Shown: in pieces, positions 37,090-50,960 of the stretch
How the letters are laid out: every line of letters starts with the position of its first letter
Position numbering within the stretch: position 1 is the first letter of the stretch
Origin: Octopus sinensis
Lineage: Eukaryota
Direction of reading: 5' to 3'
NCBI RefSeq assembly: GCF_006345805.1
Contig: NC_043007.1
Span: 9,982,001-10,046,000, forward strand
DNA length: 64,000 bases
The notes under the pieces: generated by a model
The model's input: the letters and a program-made list of their open reading frames with translations, nothing else
Told to the model about the DNA's origin: nothing
Database searches by the model: none
Made by a program: the position numbers and the translations under genes

Positions 37090-37735
37090 AGAGAGACTAG
37101 TTCATTAAATCCATATAATGAATGCAGTGGTATCTGAACAGATACTTACAATCTTAAGTTAGGATATATTTGCAGATGGATTAGCAATATACTTATAAAG
37201 ATATTATATGTAATTAGACTCGTCTCAAGTAATTATTTTTATGTGTAAAATCATAAAACTCATTTCTGTGCATCATCATCATCATCAGTACACACATGCA
37301 CAGGCTCACATACATACACACACACACTGTTTGCTTTTATGTCAAGTTATAATAAAAACAATTTTGCATTAAACTGAAGAATTGGTCAATATTTTTTGTA
37401 GATTACATTTCTATATATTTTTTAACAAAAATAGTAGATAGTGACTTTCAGGTTTCAGCCTTCATCTGACTTCATGGTCTGATGAAAAAGCCAAGGAGGC
37501 TGCAACTTCCAAGTCACTGTCAATACTATTTTTGTTAAAAAAAAAATCAATAGATAGATAAATATATACATATGTATATATATGTGTATGTATTTATATA
37601 TATGTATGTATATATATATTATATATATGTATTGTATATATATATTTATATATATGTATGTATATATATATTTATTATATGTGTATCTATATATATTATA
37701 TAATGTATGTATATATATATTTATATATATGTATG

Positions 37736-37766
<31 letters not shown>

Positions 37767-38504
37767 ATATATATTTATATATGTATGTATATATATATTT
37801 ATATATATGTATGTATATATATATTTATATATATGTATGTATATATATATTATTATATGTATGTATATATATATTTATAATATATGTATGTATATATATA
37901 TTTATATATATGTATATTATATATATATATATGTATGTATATATATATATATATATGTATGTATATATTATATATATGTATGTATATATATATTTATATA
38001 TATGTATGTATATATATATTATATAATATGTATGATATATATATATATATATGTATGTATATATATATTTATATTATGTATGTATATATATATTATATAT
38101 ATGTATGTTATATATATGATGTATATATATATATATATATGTATGTATATATATATATATATGTATGTATATATATATATATATGTATGTATATATATAT
38201 TTATATATATGTATGTAATATATATATGTATGTAATTATAAATATATGTAATATATGTATGTATATATATATATATATGTATGTATATATATATATATGT
38301 ATGTATATATATATATATATATGTATTATATATATATATATGTATTATATATATATTTATATATATGTATGTATATATATATATATGTATGTATATATAT
38401 ATTTATATATGTATGTATATATATATTATATATAGGTATGTGTATATATATATTTATATATATGTATGTATATATATAGATGTATATATATATATATATG
38501 TATG

Positions 38505-38537
<33 letters not shown>

Positions 38538-38596
38538 GTATGTATATATATAGTATGTATATATATATATATATGTATATTATATATATATGTGGA

Positions 38597-38630
<34 letters not shown>

Positions 38631-38947
38631 TATATCTATATATATATGTATGTATGTATTATATATATATTGTATGTATATATATATATATGTATTATGT
38701 ATATATATATATATATATGTATGTATATATATATATGATGTATATATATATATTAATGTATGTATGTATATATATATATATATGTATATATATATGTATA
38801 TATATATATATGTATATATATATGTATGTATATATATAATATATTAATATATGTATGTATATATATATATATATGTATGTATATGTATGTATATATAATA
38901 TATATGTATGTATATATATTATATATATATATATATATCTATATATG

Positions 38948-38986
<39 letters not shown>

Positions 38987-38992
38987 ATATAT

Positions 38993-39026
<34 letters not shown>

Positions 39027-39112
39027 GTACATATATATATGTATGTATATTATATATATATATATATATATGTAGTATATATTATATGTATATATATATA
39101 ATATATATATAC

Positions 39113-39144
<32 letters not shown>

Positions 39145-39146
39145 CT

Positions 39147-39183
<37 letters not shown>

Positions 39184-39300
39184 CATCATCATCATCATCA
39201 TCATTTAGCGTCCGTTTTCCATGCTAGCATGAGTTGAACCGTCCAACCCATGCTAGCATGGAAAACGGACGCTAAATGATGATGATGATATGATGATGAT
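39184..39300. repeat. Palindrome made of two family C tails pointing outward
   Basis: (CAT)nTTTAGCGTCCGTTTTCCATGCTAGCATGAGTTG - AACCGTC loop - CAACCCATGCTAGCATGGAAAACGGACGCTAAAT(GAT)n. Confidence 0.92.
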
Positions 39301-39533
39301 GTATGTATATATAATATATATATTATATGATGTATATATATGTATGTATATATATATATATTTTATATATATTATATATATCTATTATATTATATATAAT
39401 ATTATGTATTATATATATATATATATATATGTAGTATGTAATATATGTATGTATTATAGATATATATAATTAATGTATGTAATATATAATATATTATGTA
39501 TGTATATATATATATATATATGTATGTATGTAG

Positions 39534-39566
<33 letters not shown>

Positions 39567-39714
39567 TGTATGTATAATATATATATAATATGTATATATA
39601 TATATATATATGTATGTATATATATATATATGTATGTATATATATATATATTATGGATATATATATCTATATGTATATATTATATTATGTATGTATATAT
39701 ATATTATATATATG

Positions 39715-39748
<34 letters not shown>

Positions 39749-40648
39749 ATATTGTATATATATATATATATATGTATGTATATATATTTATATATATGTA
39801 TTGTATATAGAATTATATTATGTATATATATATATTTATATATTGAGGTGTATATATATTTATATATATGTATGTATATATATATTTATATATATGATTA
39901 TATATATATTTAATATATGTATGTATATATATATTTATATATATGTATGTATATATTATATATATAATGTATGTATATATATATTTATATATATGTATGT
40001 ATAGATATATTTTATATATATGTAGTATATATATATTTATATATATGTATGTATATATATATATATATTTATATATATGTATGTATATATATATATATAT
40101 TTATATATATGTATGTATTTATATATATGTATGTATTTATATATATGTATGTATTTAGATGTATGTATTTATATATATATATTTATATATATGTATGTAT
40201 TTATATATATGTATGTATTTATATATATGTATGTATATATATATATGTATGTATTTATATATATGTTTGTATATATATATATGTATGTATATATATATAT
40301 GTATGTATTTATATATATGTATGTATATATATATATGTATGTATATATATATATGTATGTATATAATATGTATGTATATGTATATATGTATGTATATGTA
40401 TATATGTATGTATATGTATATATGTATGTATATGTATGTATATGTATATATGTATGTATATGTATATATGTATGTATATGTATATATGTATGTATATGTA
40501 TATATGTATTTATATATATATGTATTGTATATATGTATGTATATGTATATATGTATATATATATGTTGTATATGTATATATGTATATATATGTATATATG
40601 TATATATATGTATATATGTATGTATATGTATATATGTATATATATGTA

Positions 40649-40692
<44 letters not shown>

Positions 40693-40704
40693 ATCGAAAT
40701 CGAT

Positions 40705-41072
40705 CAATGGAAATTGCAGATGTGTTACCAGTGCCGGTGGCATGTAAGAGAACTTTCTGTTTCGCGACCGTTGCCAGCACCGCCCCGTTTCGTGTCCGTT
40801 GCCAGCCTCGCCTGGCCCTCGTGCCGGGGGCACATAAAAAGCAACATCCGTTCGTGGCCGTTTGCCAGCTCTGTCTGGCACCAGTGCGGGTGGCACGAAA
40901 AAGCACCCACTACACTCACGGAGTGGTTGCGTTAGGAAGGGCATCCAGCCGTAGAAACACTGCCAGATTTGACTGGGCCTGATGAAGCCTTCTGGCTTCA
41001 CAGACCCCAGTAGAACCGTCCAACCCATGCTAGCATGGAAAACGGACGCTAAACGATGATGTGATGATGATG
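40705..41072 (+). mobile_element. Family C element, long and young
   Basis: Three GTGCC.G.GGCAC.TAAAAAGCA modules, core and tail. Confidence 0.9.
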
Positions 41073-41225
41073 AGATAATATATAATATGTATGTATATAT
41101 ATAATATATATATATATGTAGTATGTATATATATATGTATGTATATATATATGTATGTATATATATATGTATATTGTATATATTATATGTATATATATAT
41201 ATGTATGTAATATATATATGTATGT

Positions 41226-41259
<34 letters not shown>

Positions 41260-41266
41260 GTATATG

Positions 41267-41313
<47 letters not shown>

Positions 41314-41328
41314 GTATGTATATATATG

Positions 41329-41365
<37 letters not shown>

Positions 41366-41376
41366 GTATATATATG

Positions 41377-41413
<37 letters not shown>

Positions 41414-41448
41414 GCATGTATATATATGTATGTATATATATGTATATG

Positions 41449-41479
<31 letters not shown>

Positions 41480-41480
41480 G

Positions 41481-41513
<33 letters not shown>

Positions 41514-41514
41514 G

Positions 41515-41547
<33 letters not shown>

Positions 41548-41694
41548 GTATATGTATGTATATATATGTATATATATGTATGTATGTATATATATGTATG
41601 TATGTATGTATATATATGTATGTATGTATGTATATATATGTATGTATGTATGTATGTATATATATATATATATATGTATATATATGTATGTATG

Positions 41695-41735
<41 letters not shown>

Positions 41736-41834
41736 ATATATATGCATGTATATATATGTGTGTGTGTGTGTGTATATATATATGTATGTATATATATGTG
41801 TGTGTGTGTGTATATATATATATGTATGTATATA

Positions 41835-41873
<39 letters not shown>

Positions 41874-41889
41874 GTATGTATATATGTAT

Positions 41890-41932
<43 letters not shown>

Positions 41933-41934
<2 letters not shown>

Positions 41935-42166
41935 AAGGCAGTGAGCTGGCAGAAACATTAGCACGCAGGGCGAAATGCATAGCCGTATTTCGTGTGACGT
42001 TACGTTCCGAGTTCAAATTCCGCCAAGGTCGACTTTGCCTTTCATCCTTTTGGGGTCGATAAATTAAGTACCAGTTACGCATTGGGGTCGATGTAGTTGA
42101 CTTAATCCCTTTGTCTGTCCTTGTTTGTCCCCTCTGTATTTAGCCCCTTGTGGGTAGTAAAGAAAT
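41933..42166 (+). mobile_element. Family B SINE
   Basis: Matches the family B consensus. Confidence 0.9.
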
Positions 42167-42184
42167 ATATATATATGCATATAA

Positions 42185-42225
<41 letters not shown>

Positions 42226-44042
42226 TATGTATATATATATTTATGTATATATATATTTATGTATATATATATATCTTTATGTATATATATATATCTTTAT
42301 GTATGTATATATATATTTATGTATGTATATATATATGTATGTATATATATATTTATGTATGTATATATATATGTATGTATATATATATTTATGTATATAT
42401 ATATATCTTTATGTATATATATATATCTTTATTTATATATATATATCTTTATGTATGTATATATATATTTATGTATGTATATATATATTTATGTATGTAT
42501 ATATATCTTTATGTATATATATATATCTTTGTGTATATATATATATCTTTATGTATATATATATATATTTATGTGTATATATATATATATTTATGTGTAT
42601 ATATATATATATTTATGTGTATATATATATATATTATGTATATATATATGTATATATTTATGTATATATATATGTATATATTATGTATATATATGTATAT
42701 ATTATGTATATATGTGTATATATATGTATATATTGTGTATATATTATGTATATATATGTATATATTTATGTATATATTTATGTATATATTTATGTATATA
42801 TATGTATATATTTATGTATATATATGTTTATATTTATGTATATATATGTTTATATTTATGTATATATATGTTTATATGTATGTATATATATGTTTATATG
42901 TATGTATATATGCATATATATATGTATATATGCATATATATATGTATATATATATATATATATGTATATGTATTTGTATATATGTATATATGTATGTGTA
43001 TATACATATTTGTATATATATATATATTTATATATATATGTACCTTTATCTAGTTTCAGCTCACGAGCTGTGGCCATGCTGGGGCACCGCCATTTGTATA
43101 CTTATTTTTCTATGTACACACATATTTGTTTCCCTCTCATAGATATGCACACACACACACATGCACAGTAATGTAAGTTTGGATTTGGTAGAATTTTGGC
43201 ATATTCTTTGTGCAGCACTTGATATATAAATTTCCAACAAATCTACATATGAAGGCTGGTATTTAATGCAGTCCATTGCTGCAGGAAGTTCAGGTATTGA
43301 TCTCTGATAGAATGAATTGATGTGTTTTTGTAGAGCAACACTGATGTTGAAGATATCTGTATAGCATAAGTTACAGTTGTTTCAGTACCACTCCGCTTTG
43401 AGTCACATTATGAACATATAATTATTTGTAGTAAAGACTTGCTTAAAACTTTCACTGTGGCACCTCTTTAGACACCTAACAAATTCAGCTATTTTTCATG
43501 AAATGTGAAAAAGATATTTATTATTCCTTGTATATTTCCGTAGCCCTTCCATCAATGAGCACCTCAGTGGCTGGGCCTGTTTTCGTGGTAGATTGCAAAC
43601 AGTCAACATTGCATTAAAGCACCGTGTGATGATGGTAAAAGTTGTTTTAGGAAGTTTACATACATTTGGACAAGATTCTGTGGTGCATAAAAAAAAAAAA
43701 AAAAGGAAAGACTTTTTTTCAAAATTATTGAAACATTACTGATAAATGCTTTAGTTTTAAATGTGTGTGTTTTTTTTTTTAAGTAAGTGGAAGAAAAAGT
43801 ATGTCTAAATAGGCATAGCTATGACATTAAGAAACTCACTTTGCAACCACATAAGTTCTGGTTCAGCACCTTGAGCAAGTGCCTTCAATTAAAGCCCTGA
43901 ATCAACCAATGCTTTGTGAGTGAATTGGACAGGTGGAAACTATGGAAGCCCTATGTGTATGTGTGTGTGTGTTTGGCCCCTGCTATTGCTTGACAACTAT
44001 TGATTAGCAGAGTGTAGGTTGCATATATTGTGTTGCGTAGTG

Positions 44043-44661
44043 CAGTGTTCCTCAAACTATCTGATGTGGCATACCGGCAGTTTTGTTTCTTCAATGTGCC
44101 AGGGACCGGTACTATTTCTTAGTAATATTAATTTATGTGGAGGCGCAATGGCCCAGTGGTTAGGGCAGCGGACTCGCGATCGGAGGATCACGGTTTTGAT
44201 TCCCACACCTGACGTTGTGTGTGTTTATTGAGTGAAAACACCTAAAAGTGCCATGAGGTTCCAGCGGGGGGTGGTAGCGACCCCTGTCGTACTCTTTTGC
44301 CACAACTTTCTCTCACTCTCTCTTCCTGTTTCTTGAGTAACGCTGCGATGGACTGGCGTCCTGTCCAGCTGGGGGAACAGATACGCCACAGAAACCGGGA
44401 AACCAGGCCCATGAGCCTGGCTAGGATTGAAAAGGGCGACGAAAAACGAAAAATATTAATTTATACCGGAAACAATATTTATAATGAATATGATAAAAGT
44501 TAACAATTTTTTTAATCTTATATTTATTATGTAAACAAATAGTACAATATTACATAAACATTTTCTAATGTTTATTTCTTTTCTGGAAACTCACCTCGTA
44601 CTGGCAGCTGATGGTTCATGGACCGTCACCAGTCCACGGACCTCCACTTTGAGTAGCACTG
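44043..44661. mobile_element. hAT-type MITE hosting a SINE
   Basis: TIRs CAGTGTTCCTCAAA / TTTGAGTAGCACTG; flanks GCGTAGTG (44035-44042) and GTATAGTG (44662-44669) fit an 8 bp TSD with CpG decay. Confidence 0.75.
44137..44451 (+). mobile_element. tRNA-derived SINE with V-domain-like motif, 13 bp TSD
   Basis: A box TGGCCCAGTGG, B-box-like GTTTTGATTCC, GCTGCGATGGACTGGCGTCCTGTCCAG at 44342-44368; AATATTAATTTAT at 44124-44136 and 44452-44464. Confidence 0.85.
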
Positions 44662-45900
44662 GTATAGTGGACTCAGTCTTCTTAGTTGCATTGCTTGTTG
44701 CTAGTAGCTGTGTATGTTTAAACTTATTATCACCTAGTCAGGCGACTTGCCTGGACCAGTGCAACTCCACACCAGATGTCCCAATCGAGTAATGCAGCAT
44801 GAACATCTGGCTTGGGTTTTAGTCACATTGGTCTTTTGCTAACAGAAATAGCTCATCTGTGTTTGCCATGACTGCAGATGATAGCAGTAGTTTGCTAACT
44901 GAACTGGTTGATCTTGGCTGTTGACAGTTTTTCTGTTCATTCACTCAACATCTAATAATATTTGCTATTGATTCAACAAGACTTATTTGCCAAGATAGTT
45001 CACATCCACCATGCTACATTCAGTGATTTCAACGTACCCTGACTTGAGTGGTTACATGCTACTTAATCCATAGCTGGTGCTCTGACAGGTGCTACTACCC
45101 TGGGTCTGAATAGACCATGGGACAATAGCGGCTAAGAGGTGACTGCAAGCTCCTCAAAAGCCTGGAACTCCCAAAACAAGGCTCTAATACTGGTTGCAGT
45201 TTAATATTGGTTACAACTGTTTCAGTACCACCCAGGACAAGTTATGATTTACTAAAAGGCGAAGGAACAGGCTGTCCTTACTTGTGATGATGTGGTTAAT
45301 GTTCAATGGGGTCTATTGCAGGTTGATGACCAAAGGAGCAATGTGGGCAGTGTTGCACTCCGAGAGGGTAGAATTGGTTGAAGTCTTTGATGTAGAATTT
45401 GGTAGACTGAGACAGCTGGGGTGATAGAGGAGGAAACACATGTTGAATTGGCTGGTTAGGGTTGATATGTAGATTCCTAATACAAAGGAGCAGGAATTAT
45501 TGTAGTGGCAGTGATTATTGTATGTTAATTGGGGTCAATTAACATACAATTTGGAAAATCTAGATCCTTTTTATAAATTTGGGATTCTGGGATACCTTTA
45601 AAAGATTTTGTGTATTGTTGAATAATTGTCCTTTCTACTGTAAAATGACATTGTTTATTCGGTAAATGAACAATTTCAAGACAATGGAAAGACACACACA
45701 TGCACACGCACACACACACACACACACACTGCAGTTTCTGTTTTCCAATTCCACTTACAAGGCTTTGATCAGACCAAGACTGTAGCAGAAGACACCTACT
45801 CACAATACCACATACAAGGAATGAGCCGAAAATTACATAGTTGTGATGTAAGCTTCTTCCTCATACAGCCATGACAACACTTGTTATATATATATTCTCA

Positions 45901-46232
45901 GTGTGAAGGCGTTATAGCTCAGTGGTTAGAGCACCGGGTTTATTATCATGAGGTTGTGAGTTTGATGCATGGACTGGACTGTGTATTGTGTTCTTGAGCA
46001 AGATACTTCATTTCATGTTGCTCCAGTTCACTCAGTTGTAGAAATGAGTTGCATCATGACTGGTGCCAAGCTGTATCGGCCTTTGCCTTTTTCTTAGACA
46101 ACATTAGTGGCATGGTGAGAGGAAAATGGCATGAATGGGTGACTGCTGGTCTTCCATAAACAACCTTGCCTGGACTTGGGCAACTTTCTAGGTGCAATCT
46201 CATAGCCATTCATGACTGAAGGGATGTTTACC
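45901..46232 (+). mobile_element. Family D SINE
   Basis: Colinear with the other family D copies. Confidence 0.85.
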
Positions 46233-47064
46233 ATTATATAATCTCACTGTATCAAATTAGACTATCGGACATTGTTATATACCTCTGGATACAATGTGCT
46301 TCTTTGTAGCTTTCAAATGATGCCACTTTGCTAACTAGGCAAGCAGCCCCCACCCCTTGCACCATCTTTGGAATGCCAGTCTGTTGCAGAGTGACCAATT
46401 TACAGCTGAATTAATAAGGGCAATTGAAACGAAGTGTTTTGCTCAAGAACACAATCCACCACTAGTTTAGGAATTTAAACACGATCACTAGGTCACATGT
46501 CTTTGCACAAAGACACACAGACACACACACGAGAAAGAGAGAGAAATGTAAAAATGTATGCTTCAAATTTTGTATATGTACGATGAATGTATATTTATGT
46601 ATGTTGGTAATTAAAAACTAATAAGAACTTGTTGGCTTTTTTTATATACTAAATGTTTGCAGCTCAGATTACAATGTGTATATGTGTTTTTGTATATGTC
46701 TATGTAATGTTGTTTTAATGACTAACATTTATTGTCTGATGATGGCTCTATTCACCCACCACCTTTCAGAATGTATGTGTTGGTTAGTTTGTTTGTCCTG
46801 GGTTGTGAAATACTCACTACCTCTGAGTACTTGAAGACTGGTATATTGTGTCTGTGGGAAAATATAATCAAATTATATAGAAAAATATTGTCAGACAATA
46901 GTAAAAGCTGTTTGGGAAGGGTACACATGTTTGAACAAGACAAATGTAATGTGTATGACTCTATAGTGTGCAAAAAAAACCTCCCAAAAAACCAATCTTT
47001 TTCTGTTGCCAAAATGTTTATTGTCAAAACAAAATATGGGTAATAAATGGTCTTATTTTAAATC

Positions 47065-47472
47065 TTCTTTCCTTACTTGTTTCAGTCATTTGACTGCAGC
47101 CAAGCTGGGGCACTGTCTTGAATGGTTTAGTAAAAAAAAAAAAAAAAAAAATGATCTCAGGACTTATTTTTTAAGCCTGGTACTTATTCCCTAATCTCTT
47201 TTGCTGAACTGCTAAGTTATGGGGGTGTAAACAAAACAACATTGGTTGTCATGCAGTGTTGGGTGGGTGTGACAGACACAAACACACCTACACAGGTATT
47301 ATTTATATACATACTGGATAAGCTTCATTCTGTCTATGTCTACCAAATCCACTTGCAAGACTTTGGTCAGCCTGGGGTTTATAGTAGAAGACACTTGTCC
47401 AAGGGGCCATCTAGTGAAACTGAACTAAGGTCACATGGTTGGAAAATAAGCTTCTTAACCACACAGCCATGT
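47065..47472 (-). mobile_element. Family A SINE, degenerate
   Basis: Colinear with the family A consensus. Confidence 0.8.
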
Positions 47473-47826
47473 TTGTGATCAAAAACATTCCAGCTGTTAA
47501 CATTCTGTCCTTTTGTACTTGCAAAACTACACTGTGCAGTGAAGCTAGACAGGGTATTTGGCTGTAATTTTTATAGTTGGAGCAACCAATCCTTTCACCG
47601 GTTTGTGTGATGTCTTTGTTGTTCGTGTTGATGCTTTAATGTCTTCATTTAAACATGAAAAGATTTTCATGACTAAGATTTTCCATTAATATGAATGAAA
47701 TTTATATCAAATAATGATTTATACTTAAATTACACTGCATGTCCTAATATGGTCATTGTTTAGACCATAGAATTTAACTAATCTGTTTCACAGCACTGAG
47801 CCAATGGGCCAACCTCTACATGGGTT

Positions 47827-48015
47827 GCAGGCTTGGCTGTATGGTTAAGAAGCTTGCCTTGCAAACACGTGGTTTTGGGTTCAGCACTAGTACCCCACCT
47901 TGGGCAAATGTTTTCTATTTTAGCCTCAGGCTGACCAATGCCTTGTAAGTGAATTTGATAAACTGAAAATGTGTGGAAGCCCATTGTGTATGTGTGTGTG
48001 TAATATGTTTATATT

Positions 48016-48047
<32 letters not shown>

Positions 48048-48125
48048 CCACTTGGCAACTAGTAACAGTTTACATATGTCCCTATAACTTAGTGGTTTCA
48101 GCAAAGAGACTGATTGAATAAGTAT
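47827..48125 (+). mobile_element. Family A SINE, degenerate
   Basis: TGGCTGTATGG head and central modules. Confidence 0.75.
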
Positions 48126-48134
48126 CTTTTATCT

Positions 48135-48782
48135 TTATTGTTTTTTTTATTTGTTTCAGTCATTAGACTGCAGCCATGGTGGAGCATCGCTTTAAAGAAT
48201 TTTTTTAGTTGAATGTATTGACCCCAATACTTATTTCTTTAAACCCTGGTAACTTATTCTATTGGTCTCTTTTGCTGAACTGCTAAGTTACATGGATGTA
48301 AACACACCAGCACCAGTTGTCAAGCAGTGGTGGGGAGACATCACAGAAACAAAGACACACAGATATATATATATATATATATATATCTTCCGGTCATTCA
48401 ATATGTGAGAGCGTGTGTATCGTTGGTGGTTTTCTTTCTCCGTTTTCCCTTCCTTGGGCCTTTCCTTTTTCTATGTTTCTGATGAAGAGCTCTACTCGAA
48501 ACATTAACTCCTCCTTCTTTCTTTCCTTTCCTGAGTGTCCAATATCACTATACTTGTTCCATGTCCTCGCGTTGTTGTGTTTTCTCTTTGTGTTAACTAT
48601 ATATATATATGTGTGTGTGTGTGTGACAGGCTTCTTCCATTTCCGTCTACCGAATCCACTCTCAAGACTTTGGTCAGCCCGAGGCTATAGCAGAAGACAT
48701 TTACTCAAGATTCCACACAGTGGGACTGTACCCAGAACCATGTGGTTGCGAAGCATACTTCTTACCACACCTGCTCCTGCCC
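48135..48782 (-). mobile_element. Family A SINE split at its internal (TA)n by a Penelope-like fragment
   Basis: Tail half 48135-48362, head half 48620-48782. Confidence 0.8.
48390..48598 (+). mobile_element. Penelope-like pLTR fragment with minimal hammerhead motif
   Basis: TTT-CTGATGA-A-GAG-CTCTA-CTC-GAAAC-ATT-AA at 48476-48507; homologous to 5170-5366; (TA)n on both sides. Confidence 0.6.
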
Positions 48783-49572
48783 CTAGACTTAAAAAAATAA
48801 ACATGGCTGCAGTCCAATGATTGCAACAGATAAAAGGTAACAGATAAAAGAAAATGATACTGAGAACATGATATTATACACCCCCCCTCTCTCTCTCTCT
48901 CTCTCACAAACACATTCACGCACGCACACAATCCATCTAGTTATCAGGATGATGATATTTCAGTACAGGGCTTTAAATCTGATAGCTGCTTTCTGAAAAG
49001 CATTAGCAGCAAATAAAGAGAGAGAGAAAGAGAGAAAGATTACATTAGGTAAGAATCGAAACTGGGTTGTGGACCCAACTCACCTCCAGTGATTTATTTT
49101 ATACTTGTTGGCATTTACATAGAGTCTTTAATGAATTCCCTAAGGACAAAAGATTCTGAAATATTAAGCATGAACTCGTTCTGGTTTATGTTATAAATTC
49201 ATATCTTTAATATTTTATCTCTCTAAAAGGTGGTGAGCTGGCAGAGTTGTTTGTGGTATTTTCGTCCATTTTTATGTTCTGAGTTCAATTTCGCATTTCA
49301 TCCTTTCAGGGGTTGATAAAATAATTATCGAAATCAATATTTTAATTTACTGTTTGATTTTTTTATCATTATGTATTTTATTGTTTTAATTAGCCAAGTC
49401 ATTTAGATTATTTTTTATAAAGAAAAGTGAAGCAGTCAAATTAACATGAAAATATATCTTAACCCTTTGGCTGTCCTAAACCTCCATACTTGTTTTCAGA
49501 CTTTTAGTTAGCCCTTGTTTCATACGTTCTGAGTCATATAAAACTTTTTGTTCATAAATTCCAAGTTACCCT

Positions 49573-49809
49573 GGGTGGCGAGCTGGCAGAATTGTTAGCA
49601 TGCTTGACGAAATGCTTAGCAGTATTTCGTCTGCTGCTACGTTCTGAGTTCAAATTCCGCCGTGGTCGACTTTGCTTTTCATCCTTTCGGGGTCGATTAA
49701 ATAAGTACCAGTTACGCACTGGGGTCGGTATAATCGACTTAGTCCATTCGTCTGTCCTTGTTTGTCCCCTCTTGTGTTTAGCCCCTTGTGGGTAGTAAAG
49801 AAATAGGTA
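49573..49809 (+). mobile_element. Family B SINE
   Basis: Matches the family B consensus; ends AAAGAAATAGGTAT. Confidence 0.9.
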
Positions 49810-49929
49810 TATGAAAATAAATTGGGAATCTGTTTCATGTATGATGCATGGATTCCTGGGGGAAATATGTCCTGTATATCATATGTGATATGGAAGACAA
49901 CCAAAGGTGGATTGAAATCTCAGTTGATT

Positions 49930-50140
49930 TAACCCTTTAGCATTTGGATTACTCTTTCAAATGTATTGTTTATTTATTCACATTGCTTTGAATTAATGCA
50001 TATCTCATACCGACAAGATTTTAATTACGTGATTATTTACTTTAAGAATGACATTGTCATATAGGTGTGAGAGGCTGAGTCTGAACATAAACCAGGCAGA
50101 ATATTTAGGCCAGCTATGGCTGGTTTAAATGCTAAATGGC
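49930..50140. mobile_element. piggyBac-like MITE family H, uninterrupted
   Basis: TTAACCCTTTAGCATT ... AATGCTAAATGGCTAA. Confidence 0.7.
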
Positions 50141-50384
50141 TAATGTTTGATTATTGATCATTGTTTTGTTTTTAATTAGCTATGTCATTTTAATTATTTC
50201 TTTTTTCCTGAATGAAAATGAAACAGTCAAATTAACACTAAAGTTATATCTTAAGTGGAAATCTCAGTTGATTTATAAATGTCAAAGTCAAAATATCAAA
50301 CAACACATTTAAAATCATTGTTGTCAGCTAACAGATAGATCTTTATCACATCTGATACTACACTGCCCTTTTACTACTATCATC

Positions 50385-50530
50385 ATCATCATCATCAACA
50401 TTTTACTGTGCATTTCACTTCTGGTGTAGGTTGGCTGGGTCTGCTGTATCATCACTTGTCTTGACCTTTTGTCATTTCATCTCTGACACCGACCCGACAT
50501 CCTGAGATTTGACCTCACCACTTCTTCCCA
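50385..50530 (-). mobile_element. RTE-type LINE 3' end fragment, degenerate
   Basis: Minus strand KMWEEVVRSNLRM, short UTR and (GAT)n tail. Confidence 0.55.
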
Positions 50531-50553
50531 CATCTTTCTTTTTTTCTTCTTTT

Positions 50554-50758
50554 CTTCTTTTATTTGTTTCAGTCATTTGACTGTGGCCATGCTGGAGCAC
50601 CGCCTTTAGTCGAGCAAATCGACCCCCAGGACTTATTCGTTGTAAGCCTAGTACTTTTTCTATCGGTCTCTTTTGCCAAACCGCTAAGTTACGGGGACGT
50701 AAACACACCAGCATCGGTTGTCAAGCGATATTAGGGTGACAAACACAGACACACAAAC

Positions 50759-50811
<53 letters not shown>

Positions 50812-50960
50812 TACGACGGGCTTCTTTCAGTTTCTGTCTACCAAATCCACTCACAAGGCTATAGTAGAAGACACTTGCCCAAGGTGCCACGCAGTGGAAC
50901 TGAACCCGGAACCATGTGGTTCGTAAGCAAGCTACTTACCACACAGCCACTCCTACGCCT
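50554..50960 (-). mobile_element. Family A SINE, young, small internal deletion
   Basis: Matches the family A consensus. Confidence 0.9.

Larger units (their letters stand above)
37562..43040. repeat. 5.5 kb TA-rich compound satellite (TATG/TATA-based) with embedded retroelements
   Basis: Direct reading; source of dozens of spurious MYIY/IHTY ORFs. Confidence 0.95.

Noticed and set aside
37582-43171. Dozens of long ORFs (up to 484 aa) rich in Y/I/M/C/V or H/T/Y/I
   Set aside because: Translations of TA/TG microsatellite that lacks stop codons; no coding signal.
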